A stretch of 64,000 nucleotides of DNA from Octopus bimaculoides. Lineage: Eukaryota. The first letter of the stretch is position 1. Each line of letters begins with the position of its first letter. Below the pieces are notes generated by a model, which was not told the origin of the DNA, did no database searches, and worked only from the letters and a program-made list of their open reading frames with translations. Location: the NCBI RefSeq assembly GCF_001194135.2, contig NC_068981.1:98000931-98064930 (forward strand), given 5' to 3'. The position numbers were made by a program, and so were the translations under genes. Positions 1 through 13,361 of this stretch are shown one piece after another.

Positions 1-65
1 TGCAAGCAGGCCATTCCTCTGATCGGATCAACTGGAACACTCATTACAGTAACCAATGGCATGCC
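1..65 (+). mobile_element. 3' end of tRNA-derived SINE (same family as 61234 and 62605)
   Basis: gcaagcaggccattcctctgatcggatcaactggaac matches the 3' part of the full copies. Confidence 0.7.
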
Positions 66-399
66 AATTAGTGTGCACGTGCATGTGTGTCTTTGTGTTT
101 GGCCCACCCAGCATTTGACAACAGCTGTTGGTTTCTTTATATTCCTATACCATAGGGGTTTGTTGAAAGAAACAACTAAATAACAGACTTGAAAAATAAG
201 TACTGGTGTCAAGGTGTTCAATTAAACCTTTCAAGGCAGTGGCCCAATATGACAGCAGTCTGTGACCGAAACAAAAGATATGAAGTACTGAAGGCCAATT
301 TCAAAACACTGAACCTTATAAAGGAGATGACAGAGGACCAAGGAATACAGTGCATTGCTGTACTTGAGAAGAACTGCCCACCACAAAAAAATTGAGATC

Positions 400-657
400 C
401 TGAAACCAAAGTGCCATGTAAAAAGCATTGGTATGAGTGCTAGCACTGGTAAAAGCACTGGTGCTGGTGCCACATATAAAGCATGGGTTAAGGTGCCACA
501 TAAAAAGCACCCAGTACACTCTGTAAAGTGGTTGGCATTGGGAAGGGCATCCGTCCATAGAAACCAAGCCAAAACCAACTATGGAACTTGGTGTAGCCCC
601 TGGCCTTGCCAGTTCCTGTCAAGCCATCCATTCCATGTCTGTTGATGATGGTGATGA
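400..657 (+). mobile_element. RTE LINE 3' UTR fragment with tandem gtgccacataaaaagcac units and (GAT)n tail
   Basis: Same sequence as the 3' UTR attached to the RTE ORF2 remnant at 29770-30290. Confidence 0.7.
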
Positions 658-1183
658 TATATCCTTATTATATATGCCGAATAGAGTATTGCTCAGTATA
701 TAGTATTTTGGCTAATAAAGGTGAGTAATGGTTTGGGTGTAGACACAAGTAAGAATATGATGATTTAATCAAACCCCAGGACTTGAAAAGATGCGTATTT
801 TATTGGGCCTGGAAAAGCAATGATAATGACAATATAAAATCTGTAACAGGCAGAAACATTCAAATAAATAGAACAAAAATTTGGTATATTGCCAAAACAA
901 CTGTCCTAATTATTACAGAAGAATTTAGAGCAGTCAAAAGAAAAAGAAATATTTTAAATAAGTGACTCACAATTAGTGAGTCCTGGAACATACTATTAAG
1001 AAAAAACTGCATATTATAATGTAACAATCCTACTAATAATAAGTCTATTGTAGGTTAGGGCTACAGAATGACATTGGAGAACATAAATATAGGAGAACAC
1101 GTATTTAAAAGATATAATAACAAGAATGATTTCTAAACTAGATGTCTGTTCATTTATTCTGGGAAGTGGGATGTCATTAATAA

Positions 1184-1460
1184 CCCATTACCTACCAGTG
1201 ATCTCATATGAGATCACTTAAAAATTACAAATTTCGTAATTATCTGTCAATATTTACACATATCTAACCTTTTTACTATATCTACTAAGTATATTTCTCT
1301 GATATTCAAATGAGGTTTGCTAATTTTTCACCCAATATCTCGCTTATTTCTATTTAAAATGTTATTTTGATCATTCCAACGTGTTTCTAAGGCTGTTTTA
1401 TGCTAGAAATCAAAGTTTCATAAAAAAATTCCAGTTAATAGAATTATGGGAGGTAATGGG
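1184..1460. mobile_element. TTAA-flanked MITE (piggyBac-like ends)
   Basis: Terminal inverted repeats cccattacct / aggtaatggg, flanked by ataa and ttaa. Perfect 22-bp palindrome at 1197-1218. Confidence 0.65.
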
Positions 1461-2088
1461 TTAATCAAACCAACTCCAGTACATGGTTGTCTCTCTTTTC
1501 CTTTTTCTTTCTGTCTAACTTTTGTACATGTATTTACAGGATAGCTTGCATAAGAGCTTCACAGAAACAGGCCTTCTGCTCGTCTGTCAATCTTACTTTT
1601 ACTTGTGGAACATAGAGAGCATACAAATGGTCATGTTGAGAAGTAATGTTTTTTTATAAATTTAATTATCATATTAATCTCATTTTCTTAATTAGTACTC
1701 ACTTCCCTGCCAAAAGTCTATTTCCACAATTCAATGCAGAGTTTTAACACTTAAAAGTTAGATCTTTTTTTTACTTTCACTGGCTTTGGTCACTGAAATG
1801 TGGCTATGCTGGGGAACCAATCAGTGATTCTAATCATCATTTTAATGTCCCCTTTTCCATACTAGCATGGATTGGACAGAATTTCTTGAGGCAGGTTTTC
1901 TATGGACAAATGCTCTTCCCGTCACCAATTCTCACCTGCTTCCAAGCAAGGTAATATTTCCCCATGGCTAGACATACTCTCACAGAATATTGAAATGAAT
2001 GATACTGCTTGTATGGCAGTGAGACACAACTATTACATGAGGTTGAGACAAAGAAAAACACACGCACAATGAGCTTCTTACAGTTTCT

Positions 2089-2320
2089 TATTTCTTTATT
2101 GCCCATAAGGGGCTAAATATAGAGGGGACAAACAAGGACAGACAAAGGGATTAAGTCGATTACATCAACCCCAGTGCGTAACTGGTACTTAATTTATCAA
2201 CCCCGAAAGGATGAAAGGCAAAGTCGACCTCGGCGGAATTTGAACACAGAACATAGCGGCAGACGAAATACCGCTAAGCATTTCGCCCGGCATGCTAACG
2301 TTTCTGCCAGCTCGCCGCCT
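2089..2320 (-). mobile_element. Young SINE with Deu/Nin-like central domain, nested in another SINE
   Basis: CpG-rich copy. Core gtcgactttgcctttcatcctttcggggttgataaattaagtaccag on the minus strand. 11-bp TSD ttacagtttct at 2078-2088 and 2321-2331. Confidence 0.8.
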
Positions 2321-3095
2321 TTACAGTTTCTGTCTACCAAATCCACTCACAATTCTTTGGTCAGCCTGGGGCTATAGTGGAAGACACATGCCAAAGGTGC
2401 TACACAGTAAAACTGAACCGAAAGCCATGTGGTTGAAAGGCAACCAATTACAATATTTAATTGATACACATATAAACAGACCAGGAGGAGATTTAAGATA
2501 CCCCCCAAGTACAATTATATTTTTTTTATAAAATTAACAAAAGTGTTATGTCAGTATTCATTATTGGCTGAAAATATTGAATAACACCTACTTTCCACAC
2601 CCCTTTCAAGACCCTTTGTTGTCTTCTAAATGTACAAACTTAATTTTTTGTTTGAACTGGATGTTTACATATTGGTTTTGTAGATCTATAATAGTCAATA
2701 TTGCAACGTACAACAAAGGAACAATAGAACAGTTACAACCTACCCGAACAACTAAAAGAGAACAAAATAAGGTAAAAAAAAACAACCAACATTTTTCATT
2801 TTCATGTTAATTTTTTCCAATTACAAATATGATTGTAACATCTGTTGAATAAAATGGCGAGCATTTTTAGTTATTTCTGTATATTCTTAGCAAAATGATT
2901 CCATTAAGCTTCTGAATCTAATAACCAGTGAACACATTTACAGTATATATTGTTACTCTAACTACTATACTACACACATTAATATGAGGTGTGTTTAGAT
3001 GCACACTCTTGTACATACACAGGAACATAGACATAGGTAAGTATACACATAAACAGATACACACACACACACATATATATACACACACATATATA

Positions 3096-3147
<52 letters not shown>

Positions 3148-3186
3148 AACATAAATATGCACATAATTGCACACAAGTGCATGCAT

Positions 3187-3350
3187 ATATACAGGGGCAG
3201 ATGTGGTTGTGTACTAAGATGTTAGCTTCCCAACCACATGGTTCTGGGTTCAATCCACTGCATAGCACATTGGGCAAATATATTCTACTATAGCTTCAAA
3301 CTGACCAAAGCCTTGTGAGTGGATTTGGTAGATAAAACTGAAAGAAGTAC
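3187..3350 (+). mobile_element. Most abundant tRNA-headed SINE (ccttgggcaagt-type core). Other copies about 2330-2445, 4660-4800, 4960-5120, 25720-26090, 29380-29715, 32600-32760, 39790-39920, 41925-42080, 46490-46746, 48790-48945, 55790-55940, 63460-64000
   Basis: Repeated sequence ccaaagccttgtgagtggatttggtagacggaaactgaaagaagcc and its reverse complement, with A/B-box-like head. Confidence 0.8.
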
Positions 3351-3837
3351 ATCATTTATATATAAATGTGTGCGTGTGCACACACACACATGCTCGCATG
3401 TTACTGATTCCTTGCCCTGACATCATCTGATGGTTATAAATTGAGTTTCACTATAACACAAACTGTCTTTCATTTTCAATTTTCTGCAAAAATGTCTGGT
3501 CATGAGGAAAATATTACTTTATTTGGAAACGGGTGAAGGCTGGCAATAGGGAGGGCATCCAGCCACAGAAAATCTGCCTCAACAAATTCCATCCAATGCA
3601 TGCTAGCATGGAAAAGTAGATGTTAAATGATGATGATTATGATAATATATATGAATACATTCACACACAGATTCATTTGCTTGTTTCAGTCTTTGGACTG
3701 CAGCCAATAAATCGACTCCAGTATTTATTTTTTTTAAGCCTGGTATTTATTCTATCAGTCATTTACGCCAAACTGCTAAGTTACAGGGATGTAAACAAAC
3801 CAACTCCAATTGCCAAGTGACAGTGGGGAACACACAC

Positions 3838-3893
<56 letters not shown>

Positions 3894-5565
3894 TTAAAGT
3901 AAATTTAAAGAAGTGGAACAGGTAAAATGTAATCTACATATGTTTCATTAGGTCGAAATTTCAGCCTGATGAGCTGAGGAGAATTTGTTGTACAACAGTT
4001 GCATAACGAGTTTCAGTTAGTTAAAAAACATATGAAGCTTACATTTTACCTATTTCACTCCTTTAAATTTGGAATTTTATTCACACCTTTAGCAGCATTA
4101 GTTGCTAAGAGTGAGTTGTGTAGAAACTACCAACTGATTGGAATTCTTTATAACCTTGATATGGGAAAAAGTGTGTAACTCTTAATGCCAATAAATTGTT
4201 ATTGTATCTTATCGCACACTATCCACTTTTTGTTCACTATAATAACCACCTACTGCCTGAAGCTTACAAACTTCCTACACTCAGACACCTGGATCATATT
4301 TGCATATTGAAATATAAATACTAGTATATATTATTGATGTCAAATTGTGTTTGTGTCTTTAAATACTTGGAAGCTGCAGTATTTTGTCCAGAGAAGGTCT
4401 CTTTAAAGACAGTGTGTTAAAAGACGCCATATATGTCAAAGCCAAGTAAAATGAATCAACCTGGAGATGCACAAGTATGACAGGGGTGATCCATTTCACC
4501 TGGTTTTGAACTATACAGCATTTTTTTTTAACATTCTACATCTTCAAAGGGACTTTCTCTGGATGAAACACAGCAGTGTAAAAGCATTTAACAACACATA
4601 TACAATAAGTGACATCAATAGTGTTTACATCATAGAGCTGCTTCTGACATAAAATTATTGTGGGTGTGTGCATACAATGGGCTTCTTTCAGTTTCCATTT
4701 ACCAAAATCCACTTACAAGGCTTTTGTCAGCTTGTAGCTATAATAGAAGACACTTTTCCAAGGTAGCATGCAATGGGACTGAACCCAAAACCACATGGGT
4801 TGGAAAAAGATGAGTATTCAGTTCCTTAAACATGTGAACCATCTACTCATTGATTTAGCATGTAAGAGCTGGACATTTCATTGACACATGTACCCTTAAT
4901 GCTATTCTCAGTGTGATAAGCTGGAACTTAAAATTACAGATATAATCAATCCATTTCACAGGCTTCTTCACGGTTTCCATCTACTCAGTTACACTTAACA
5001 AGTCTTGGGCCCACTTGATTCTATGGTAAAAGACATTTACCCAAGATACCATACAGTCGAACTGAACCCAGCACCTAGCGATTGCAAAGAGACCTTCTTA
5101 ACCATTCAGCCATGCTGTATCTATGTGTATGTAAGTGGGTGTACTTGCATGTGTTCAAAGACATCTATGCACTCAGCCACAGGTAAATGTACAGAGAAAG
5201 GGCAGAATGAGATGATTGGGCACAACTGTTTGGAGGCTGGTGATTTGGCACAGCTGACTGGACAATGAACCTGTTTTGCAGACAGTACATTTTAGTAATG
5301 GAGGCAAACATACATACACCTGCACAAGGAAATATACACATATACACATACACACACACATATATATATACTATAAAAAGAGACATCCACTGAAGTGAAA
5401 TCATTTTTGAAAAACCTACAAGAATAGGTGCAAGCGCTAATATTTATAAAACATGTGACATATTAATAAAAATCTGCAAATGTACAACCATCCAGATATC
5501 TGAGTACCTTATTATTGTTTCTCATATAATTCCTGTACATCACCTCCAAACCTTCCAATATATAT

Positions 5566-5854
5566 NNNNNNNNNNNNNNNNNNNNNNNNNNNNNNNNNNN
5601 NNNNNNNNNNNNNNNNNNNNNNNNNNNNNNNNNNNNNNNNNNNNNNNNNNNNNNNNNNNNNNNNNNNNNNNNNNNNNNNNNNNNNNNNNNNNNNNNNNNN
5701 NNNNNNNNNNNNNNNNNNNNNNNNNNNNNNNNNNNNNNNNNNNNNNNNNNNNNNNNNNNNNNNNNNNNNNNNNNNNNNNNNNNNNNNNNNNNNNNNNNNN
5801 NNNNNNNNNNNNNNNNNNNNNNNNNNNNNNNNNNNNNNNNNNNNNNNNNNNNNN
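5566..5854. other. Assembly gap (others: 13426-13525, 18643-18652, 24823-24899, 31261-31270, 46747-46860)
   Basis: Runs of N, mostly next to (TA)n. Confidence 1.
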
Positions 5855-5870
5855 AATCTTTTGTACTTAC

Positions 5871-5990
5871 TGGCTGTGCAGATTGCAAAAACCATCTGTA
5901 AGGAATCAAAGAACAAAAACATGACCAAGAGAGAAACTGAAGCTGCAATTGGTAAAAACATGGCTTGGCATGTGTCAATGGTTTGAACAT
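5871..5990 (-). CDS. SPPL3: SPPL3 internal coding exon, 120 nt, transmembrane segment
   Basis: Translates [39 protein letters not shown], versus recalled human [39 protein letters not shown]. Acceptor tatttcag|AT, donor GCCA|gtaagt, phase 1 at both ends. Confidence 0.95.
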
Positions 5991-6624
5991 CTGAAATAGA
6001 TAATTGTAATAATAAATATACAAGAATCAATGAAATTAACAAAAATATTTTTTTTAATGTTATGATTATTATTATTTATGTCTGAGAACCATTCTATTTC
6101 CATGAAGATGGTAAGTACACAAAAATTTAGATTTCAGCTCTCACACATGTAAAGAAGCAGCAAAGTAAGACGAGACAAAGCACTAAGATGAATCCCTACA
6201 TAACTACATTCTATCTCAAATGACTACATATAAAACACAAACCATAACATCACATTATAATCTGTTGAAATAAATGACATTAATGTACACAATAACTATA
6301 ATGTTTTGCAGACATGAATAGAAAAGCTAAAGAATTCGATTGATTTAGCTTTGAAATGGAACATAGTGTGGTATTTAATTAAGAAATGTATCCATCATCT
6401 CATTTTTTTATTGGTCAACTTGAATTTATAAACAATTACTTCAGTAAAGACACTGACAGATTACCTTATAAGGAAAAATATAGCAAGTTCCAGAATATAG
6501 CCAAATTTGGATTTGTGTTGTAGGAACATTTTCATTAAGCATTGTTAACCTTGAATATTTGTATGTATTTTTTCTTTTTTGTCCAGAAATGCAACTAACT
6601 GTGATATGAGAAAAGAAAACTCTT

Positions 6625-6945
6625 CTGGTTATTTATGTTCTGAGTTCAAATACTGCCAAGATCAACTAGGGATCAAGAAAATAAAGTACCAGTCAAGCAC
6701 TGGGGTCAATGTAATCAACTAATTCCCTCTCTCTAAAAATAAAATGCTGGCCTTGTACCAAAATTTGAAATTATTATTATTATTATTATTATTATAATGG
6801 TGGTGAACAGGCAGAATCGTTACTACACCAGACAAAATGCTTAGCAGCATTTCTTCCAGGTTTATGTTCTGAGTTCAGATGCTACTGAGGTTGATTTTGT
6901 CTTTCATCTTTCCAGGGTCAATAAAATCAGTGCCAGTTGAACACT
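6625..6945 (+). mobile_element. Two tandem Deu/Nin-like SINE copies separated by (ATT)n
   Basis: Repeated gttctgagttcaaa...ctttgtctttcatc...aaagtaccag, with an (ATT)n run at about 6771-6795. Confidence 0.75.
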
Positions 6946-9858
6946 GATTCCTTACTTGTCTGATAAGGATACACCAGGCATATGCATCACAACTATATGT
7001 GCAAGACATGGTGACTTCATATCAAGATAATCAAAGAGTGCATGACCTTGCAGGTGGAGCCCAGTTAAAAATTTTTTCAGGTCAAAGTAGCTCATCCCAC
7101 TCAAAAGGTCCCTGAATAAGGGTTATTTAAGGATGATGAACAAAACACCCATGTTTCCAGGGGTGAACTATTCAAGCCCCAAAGAATTCCTCTCAACACA
7201 TTTTCTATGATGCTTCCCCATTGCACCTGCTTGTGATCAGAGATGCACATATCATCAACACTAAAGAACAAGCTCAACTGGTTACGGTCAAGCAAGTGAC
7301 AAACAAATCTGTTGTATTGAGCAGAATGTTTGCTGTAGCCCATCTTTTACACAAAGACAAAACATGTACATGATAACAATTCCAATCAGTTAAGATTAGA
7401 AGAGCCACTGCCAGGTATTGCATCAGGACATCTTAGTATTGCATCAGGGCATCCTGGTATTGTATCAGAACTATCATCATCATTATGTTGCAATGTATTG
7501 ACATTATAAACAGGATTAATTTTATTTATTGTGAGATCACAACCTATGGTCTACCATCAGAAGCATTTGTGTCCCTTCTCCTATTAAGGTCCTTCCATAC
7601 TGATCATATCTGTATCAAGGACTTCAAGAACTTGGCAGATAATTTTTGCTGGCCTGAGAAACACGTTTTCTGCACTGCACTTATTTTCAGATTAGGATAT
7701 GGCTTTCCAAGGTTTTTTATTTTCAAATTCTTCATCACAGCTCCCTAATACCCAATGATAATTGGTTAGATCATAACCTTGTCAACTTCTTTAATCCAAA
7801 ACTTGAGGATTTCATACTTGAAATCAAGTATAATAATCTTTTTCTTTCTCCATTTTCTTGTCTCTGGTTTCAAATGTACATGTCACATCAATTACAAGAC
7901 ATACTTTCTTCTTCTGACTAACAGTCATTATTATAATTATCATTATTATTATTATTATTATTATTACTATTAGGTGATTAAGATGAGACAGTTGGCATAA
8001 AGTCAAGCTGTGGTTTTATGTTATTCATAAAATGATGAATTATTAATCCAAGTTCAAATTTCAATGCAGCCTTCTTCCCTCTGGACTCAGCAAGATGATG
8101 AATTGTCACTAGATAGTTACCCAGGTTAATGATATTAATTATATTATCTCTACAGACAAAAATTATCAAGAAATCATAATCATCAATATATTTTTCATTC
8201 TGTATAGATTGATAATATTGTTAATGTATTAAATACCATTTAATTAGAAAACAATATCCACATAACAGAAATGATACCTTCCTCAAAAAAAAGGAAGTGA
8301 GAAAAAACTGCATTCAACAGAGAATAATATTAATCATTATCATAAACATCATGTTTGTTTTCTTTTGCTGCTATGGATAAACAAGTCTCATGAAGAATAC
8401 ACTACATAATTAATTCTTCTGAACAAATCCAGCTTTCTTTGGCATTTTTTTTACTTCCATATATTTCCAATCCAAAGAATACAATTTCATTGTTCTCAGG
8501 TAAATAAACATTCCTAGGTGGAGTCAGTTCTGTCAAGATATCCATTGACTAATTATGGCTTTAAGCTAATGTTGACACAACTATTTGGCTACATTGGCTA
8601 GCCAACATTCAAGCTAATTAACTCTATAAACAATATTAAAATGGTGATTTTTGTGAAGTGGTCCATCTGTGTATACATGCTCACATGCATACACACACAC
8701 ACATTCATACATTTGCATACACACAAATATATGTGCATGCGTGCACACGCATGCATACACACACTTATCATAGAACAATAGAAAATTTATTAATTGCGAA
8801 TGAGAAAACTGTTTATTGCTGTGTAAATACATCACAATTAGGCAATAACAAAAGAAATAGAGCTTTCTTTTTGCTTTTCACATACAGCACTCTTGAAATT
8901 TATCTCAGCCTTCTACATTAAACTCAATTCTGGCATTCCTAAATGGAGCACTGAAGTACAATCGGATGTTATAAAGTAATTCTACATGAATACATGAATC
9001 AAACAATGCACAAATTAATGTATTTCAGTGATTGTGAGTTTAATGTGCTGATAAACTGATCATATAGTCCTAAGTTCAGATCTTATATCAACCATTGTAA
9101 GCATTTGCACAGGTTTTCCTGACTGAATAAAATAATAAATAAATAAAAATAGCAACACAAAAAGACAAGGAGTCAATTCCTACTGTAAAGCAGTAGGTAA
9201 CCCCTGGACATCACTCTCTTAAGTTCCAGGATTCATAGGGTAAGTTACCCAGTTTCCATGGTGTATAAGTGTGAGATCAGAACATTCCACCCTCAATGGG
9301 ATGCCAGTTCATTACAGAGTTACTCATTTACAGCTGAGTGGACTGGAGCAACAGGAAATGAAGTGCTTTGCTCGAGTATACAATGCACTGCCTAGTCCAG
9401 GAATCAAAACCACAATCTTGCAATGATAAGTGCAACACCAAATCCACGAGGCCATGCACCTTCGCTACTTTAAAGTGTTCAGAGGTTAAAACTCAAAATT
9501 GTAGAAAGGGCATTAAGCTATGAAAAACTACAACCTCCAATAAAGCATACCACCCATTGCAAACATCAAGAAACAAATGTAAAATAGAACAAAAAAATAT
9601 ATACATCAAATAACTAATAAAACATCAACATTCATTGTTTGATTGTTAGGCCTGACAAGTATGCTGCAAATGAGCTTAAAATATTTAGAAACTACTGGCC
9701 TATTTTTGTGTGCCAGACAACTACAGCTGCCAACCCTCAAGCAAATAATATTAGGCATTGTTTAATACTGTTTTTTTTTTTTAACCTCACTACATAGTTA
9801 TTTCAAGTTAGTTTTCCTAATGCTTCCTGCATTAAATGTATTAATATTAACTTAACTA

Positions 9859-10129
9859 CAGTGCATTTCAGAAGTTTTCAGGCTTTTTCAGGAGAAACAT
9901 TTATTGATTTCAAAGAAATACAAAATTCTAATCTCCTTCAAAGTAGGATCCTCTGACTTCAATGCACTTGTTGTAGTACTCCAACCACTTTGTGAAGACC
10001 CCCATGGCAGTCCTCCAAAATGAAAGTGCCCTAGATCCTTGTCACAACCTCCATCTTCTCAAGGTCTTAAAAATGACTGTCCCCAAGTTTCTCCTTCAGT
10101 TTGAGGAACAACCAAAAGTCACAGGGAGT
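9859..10129 (-). mobile_element. mariner 3' fragment (transposase C-terminus plus TIR)
   Basis: Minus frame PCDFWLFLKLKEKL...KWLEYYNKCIEVRGSYFEGD*. TIR-like end at 9859 followed by TA. Confidence 0.8.
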
Positions 10130-10530
10130 GGCACTGTTTACATTTGCTCGTAAAATAATATCCTATAGTTCAGCAAACCTGTGCAGTGGAATGAAAAATA
10201 TCTTCTTATAAAACAAGCAATGGTTAGCAACAGGAAGAGCATCCAGACATAGAAAATTTACTCCCAATAAATTTTTCATGCCAGCATGGAAAAACATATA
10301 AATGCAATAATGGTCATTATTTTTTATATGGAATAGTGGATCTCTTAGTACACACATAGCTACAAATAATATGAAAATATTAAGTTGAAACACCCTTTTG
10401 GATAGAAAAAGCTGAAGGCTGTCCAAATGGGTTTTTCACCCCCATATTTACATACAGTCTATTTATACATTTATGTGTGCTTCAAGATACACTATTCTCT
10501 CAAAAGTTTATAAAATCCTTAAGACATTAA

Positions 10531-10567
<37 letters not shown>

Positions 10568-10573
10568 GAGAGA

Positions 10574-10604
<31 letters not shown>

Positions 10605-12742
10605 CATGTGTGTGTGTGCGTGCCGAAACTGGTTGCAAGAGAAATCAGGTGTAGTGTGCAAGAAAGGAGGCTGCACTAATATGGGTATGTCATGTGATGT
10701 ATATAGAGGATGACTGCTGCATACAAAAGTGCTGAGCACTCCGAGTTAGTGGAACCTAGAGAATATGGATGCAAAGAAGGCTTGTTATGTAGTGGTGAAG
10801 GCTGTCCTAAAGATGCTGCATCTCCTGGAGGGTATGGCAAAACACCGCACTGACTGGTGATACATAGTGATACTGAGGACCCACCCACTTATGACAAAAT
10901 GCATCTTAACACAACAGTAGTATTTAAGAAACTGTAATGTGTGTGTCAGTGTGTGTATTTAGTTGATCTGTCCAGTATTAATAGAATTTCAAGAGTAAAA
11001 CTCTGAAAGACTTCAACATTAATCATGTTGCCTTACAGAAATTTTAAAAATATAGAATTAGAATAAAAAAATTTTTATTTAAACATTTTTTTCCATTTCA
11101 GACATATGCAAGCAGAAGGACTGTAAAGTATTTTCATATAAACAAATAATTTTTTGACACTTTGTTAATATATTCTTATTTTTTAAGCCTTTTAATTAAT
11201 GCTATATTTACTGGGTGGGTGGGTGGAAGAAGGATAAAATGGATGAATTTGGGTTCATACAGGTTTCTAATCCAGTCAAATTCCAGCTTCTTTCTTTTTT
11301 AAAAAAACAAAAAGTTAAAGCAATTTCTTCTTTTATTCTTCCTTAATTTTCAGGGTTTTTTTTTATACCAATAAGGATTATCTTAAAAAAATAAAGTTTA
11401 TTTTTCTAGTGTCCAGATGTTTATCACACATACACAAACACACACACACACAAGCACTGAGCTGGAAAATTAAGAATCAGAGAGTCATATCTGAGAATGA
11501 AGGACAATTACAAGAAGAAAGTGTTTAACCATGTGATTACTATATGTAGATGCTACAAAAATAGCAATAGAGTTGATAATGATGGTATGGTGAGACATTT
11601 ACAACCAAATTAGAAACTGAAACACCACAGAGTTCTATAAGAACAATAGGTTTTAGAATTGTTCCCATCTAAAATGTCATGTATCTCTAAACATAGAATC
11701 CCAAGCTCATTTATTATTATTACTGTTTTTAGCAGCAGAAATAGCTTTATTCACTCTCCTTCGACAGCAATAATTTGGAAATGATCCAAAAGGCAAACAC
11801 TGAATTTGACAGTTCAGTTGCATAAATGAGAGAGCTTTCACATGATTCAAAAGTTGTTTGGCAAAAATCTAAATCCTTACTTGTTATAAGCAAACATCAA
11901 CATCGGAAGGAGGGAAAGAAACTATCATGATTAAAAGGTTCAGAGTACTTTTATGCTTCTCTCTAACCCTACCAATCAGGAGACCATCGATAAATTCAAG
12001 CTGATTATATTATCCAGGTCATTTCTATGACCACCATCATTACAATCTATATTAAGGCACACAAGGCAGATATTTTTTTTACATCAATTTTTTTATTTCC
12101 ATTTATGTTTTTGGCTAGGAAAATGGTATTTATAAATTTCCATGTCCCCATAATTGTTGAAGCATATTTTTTAATAGTTTGATGGCCATCCTCCACTAGT
12201 CAAGCAGAAGATGATTGTTAGCTAAGTTGTCTGTGGTGAGTAGGGGCATAACACAAGGGCTACAGTGATGTTTGAGCTCAAATACTCTATCAACTAAGAT
12301 CATCTAAGTTTTCAATTTAATCCCACTGTGGAACACCTTGAGCAAGCATCATCGACTAATATTTCAAACTGACCAATGCCTTTAGAGTGAAATTCAATAG
12401 CTAAAAACCAAGCAGAAGGATGCATGTGTGCAAACAAGTGCATGCACATGTGTATGTTTTGTTCCATAAGACTTTCCACAGACACTGTTTAGGTGATGGT
12501 GATGTTATGTGTACATCCCTCATAAACAATATATCCTGTAGCTCAGCTGTTTCAGCCTATGAAAGCCTAATGGAATAAAATACCTTACTTGAAAAACATG
12601 TAAGGGTTGGCAACAGGAAGGGCATCCACCCAGAGAACATTGCAGCAGTAAATCTCATCTAATTCACAGCAGCATCAAAATATCAGTTATAAAACAATGA
12701 GTATAGAGAAATAGTTTTTATGATACAAACAAGAAAAAGTGG

Positions 12743-12782
<40 letters not shown>

Positions 12783-12890
12783 GGGAGAATGTACGAAAAA
12801 ACAACAACAGATGAGAACAGGTGGTGTAAATAACAAAAGGATGTATTAGTATGACGCTCAGGAATACGGAAAGTCTTTGACATTTCGAGC
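12783..12890 (-). mobile_element. Penelope-like terminal fragment with the 3' half of a hammerhead-like motif
   Basis: Minus strand GCTC-GAAA-TGTC-AAAG followed by a ~95-nt tail ending directly on a (TA)n run. Confidence 0.45.
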
Positions 12891-12999
12891 TAAGACGTAT
12901 ATATGTATTATTTAATCAGGACAATTTACAGTGACTCAAGGGCTGGAAGTTATTGCGATGAGAAAGACTTTCATGCATTTTGGTGCTTGAGTAACCCCA

Positions 13000-13361
13000 C
13001 CCTCATATTGCCAATATGACCAAGGAAGCCATTCAAATGCATGGCTGGGAAGTGCTGCCACACACACCGTACTCTCCTGATTTGGCACCAACGGATTTCC
13101 ACCTCTTTCGATCTCTTTCAAATGTTATGCGCGGAGTTTCGTTAAATACTGATGCAGAATTGAGAGCTTGGTTGGATCAATTTTTTGAGTTGAAATCGGA
13201 TGATTTCTACCAACGAGGTATTGAAAATCTTGTTGAACGTTGGGAAGAAGTTGTAAACAACAAGGGTGACTACATTATTAATTAATTAGTTGTTATTTTT
13301 TATTAAACCTTTTAAAAAATTTAAATTTAAAAAAGCAGCAGGAACTTAGTTGCCAACCTAA
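13000..13361 (+). mobile_element. mariner 3' fragment, transposase pseudogene
   Basis: ORF 13016-13285 WEVLPHTPYSPDLAPTDFHLFRSL (YSPDL motif, third catalytic D). TIR-like ggaacttagttgccaacctaa followed by TA. Confidence 0.92.

Noticed and set aside
1540-1632. Plus-strand exon-like segment after tatttacag
   Set aside because: No convincing donor, no recognisable protein and no partner exons.
3966-3990. CTGATGAG hammerhead-core match (also 25202)
   Set aside because: No stem II followed by GAAA and stem III.
3981-4178. 66-codon open frame with faint hAT C-terminal resemblance
   Set aside because: No recognisable ERxFS-type motif or termini.
5463-6042. 176-186 aa ORFs
   Set aside because: They are inflated by the N gap; only 5871-5990 is exon.
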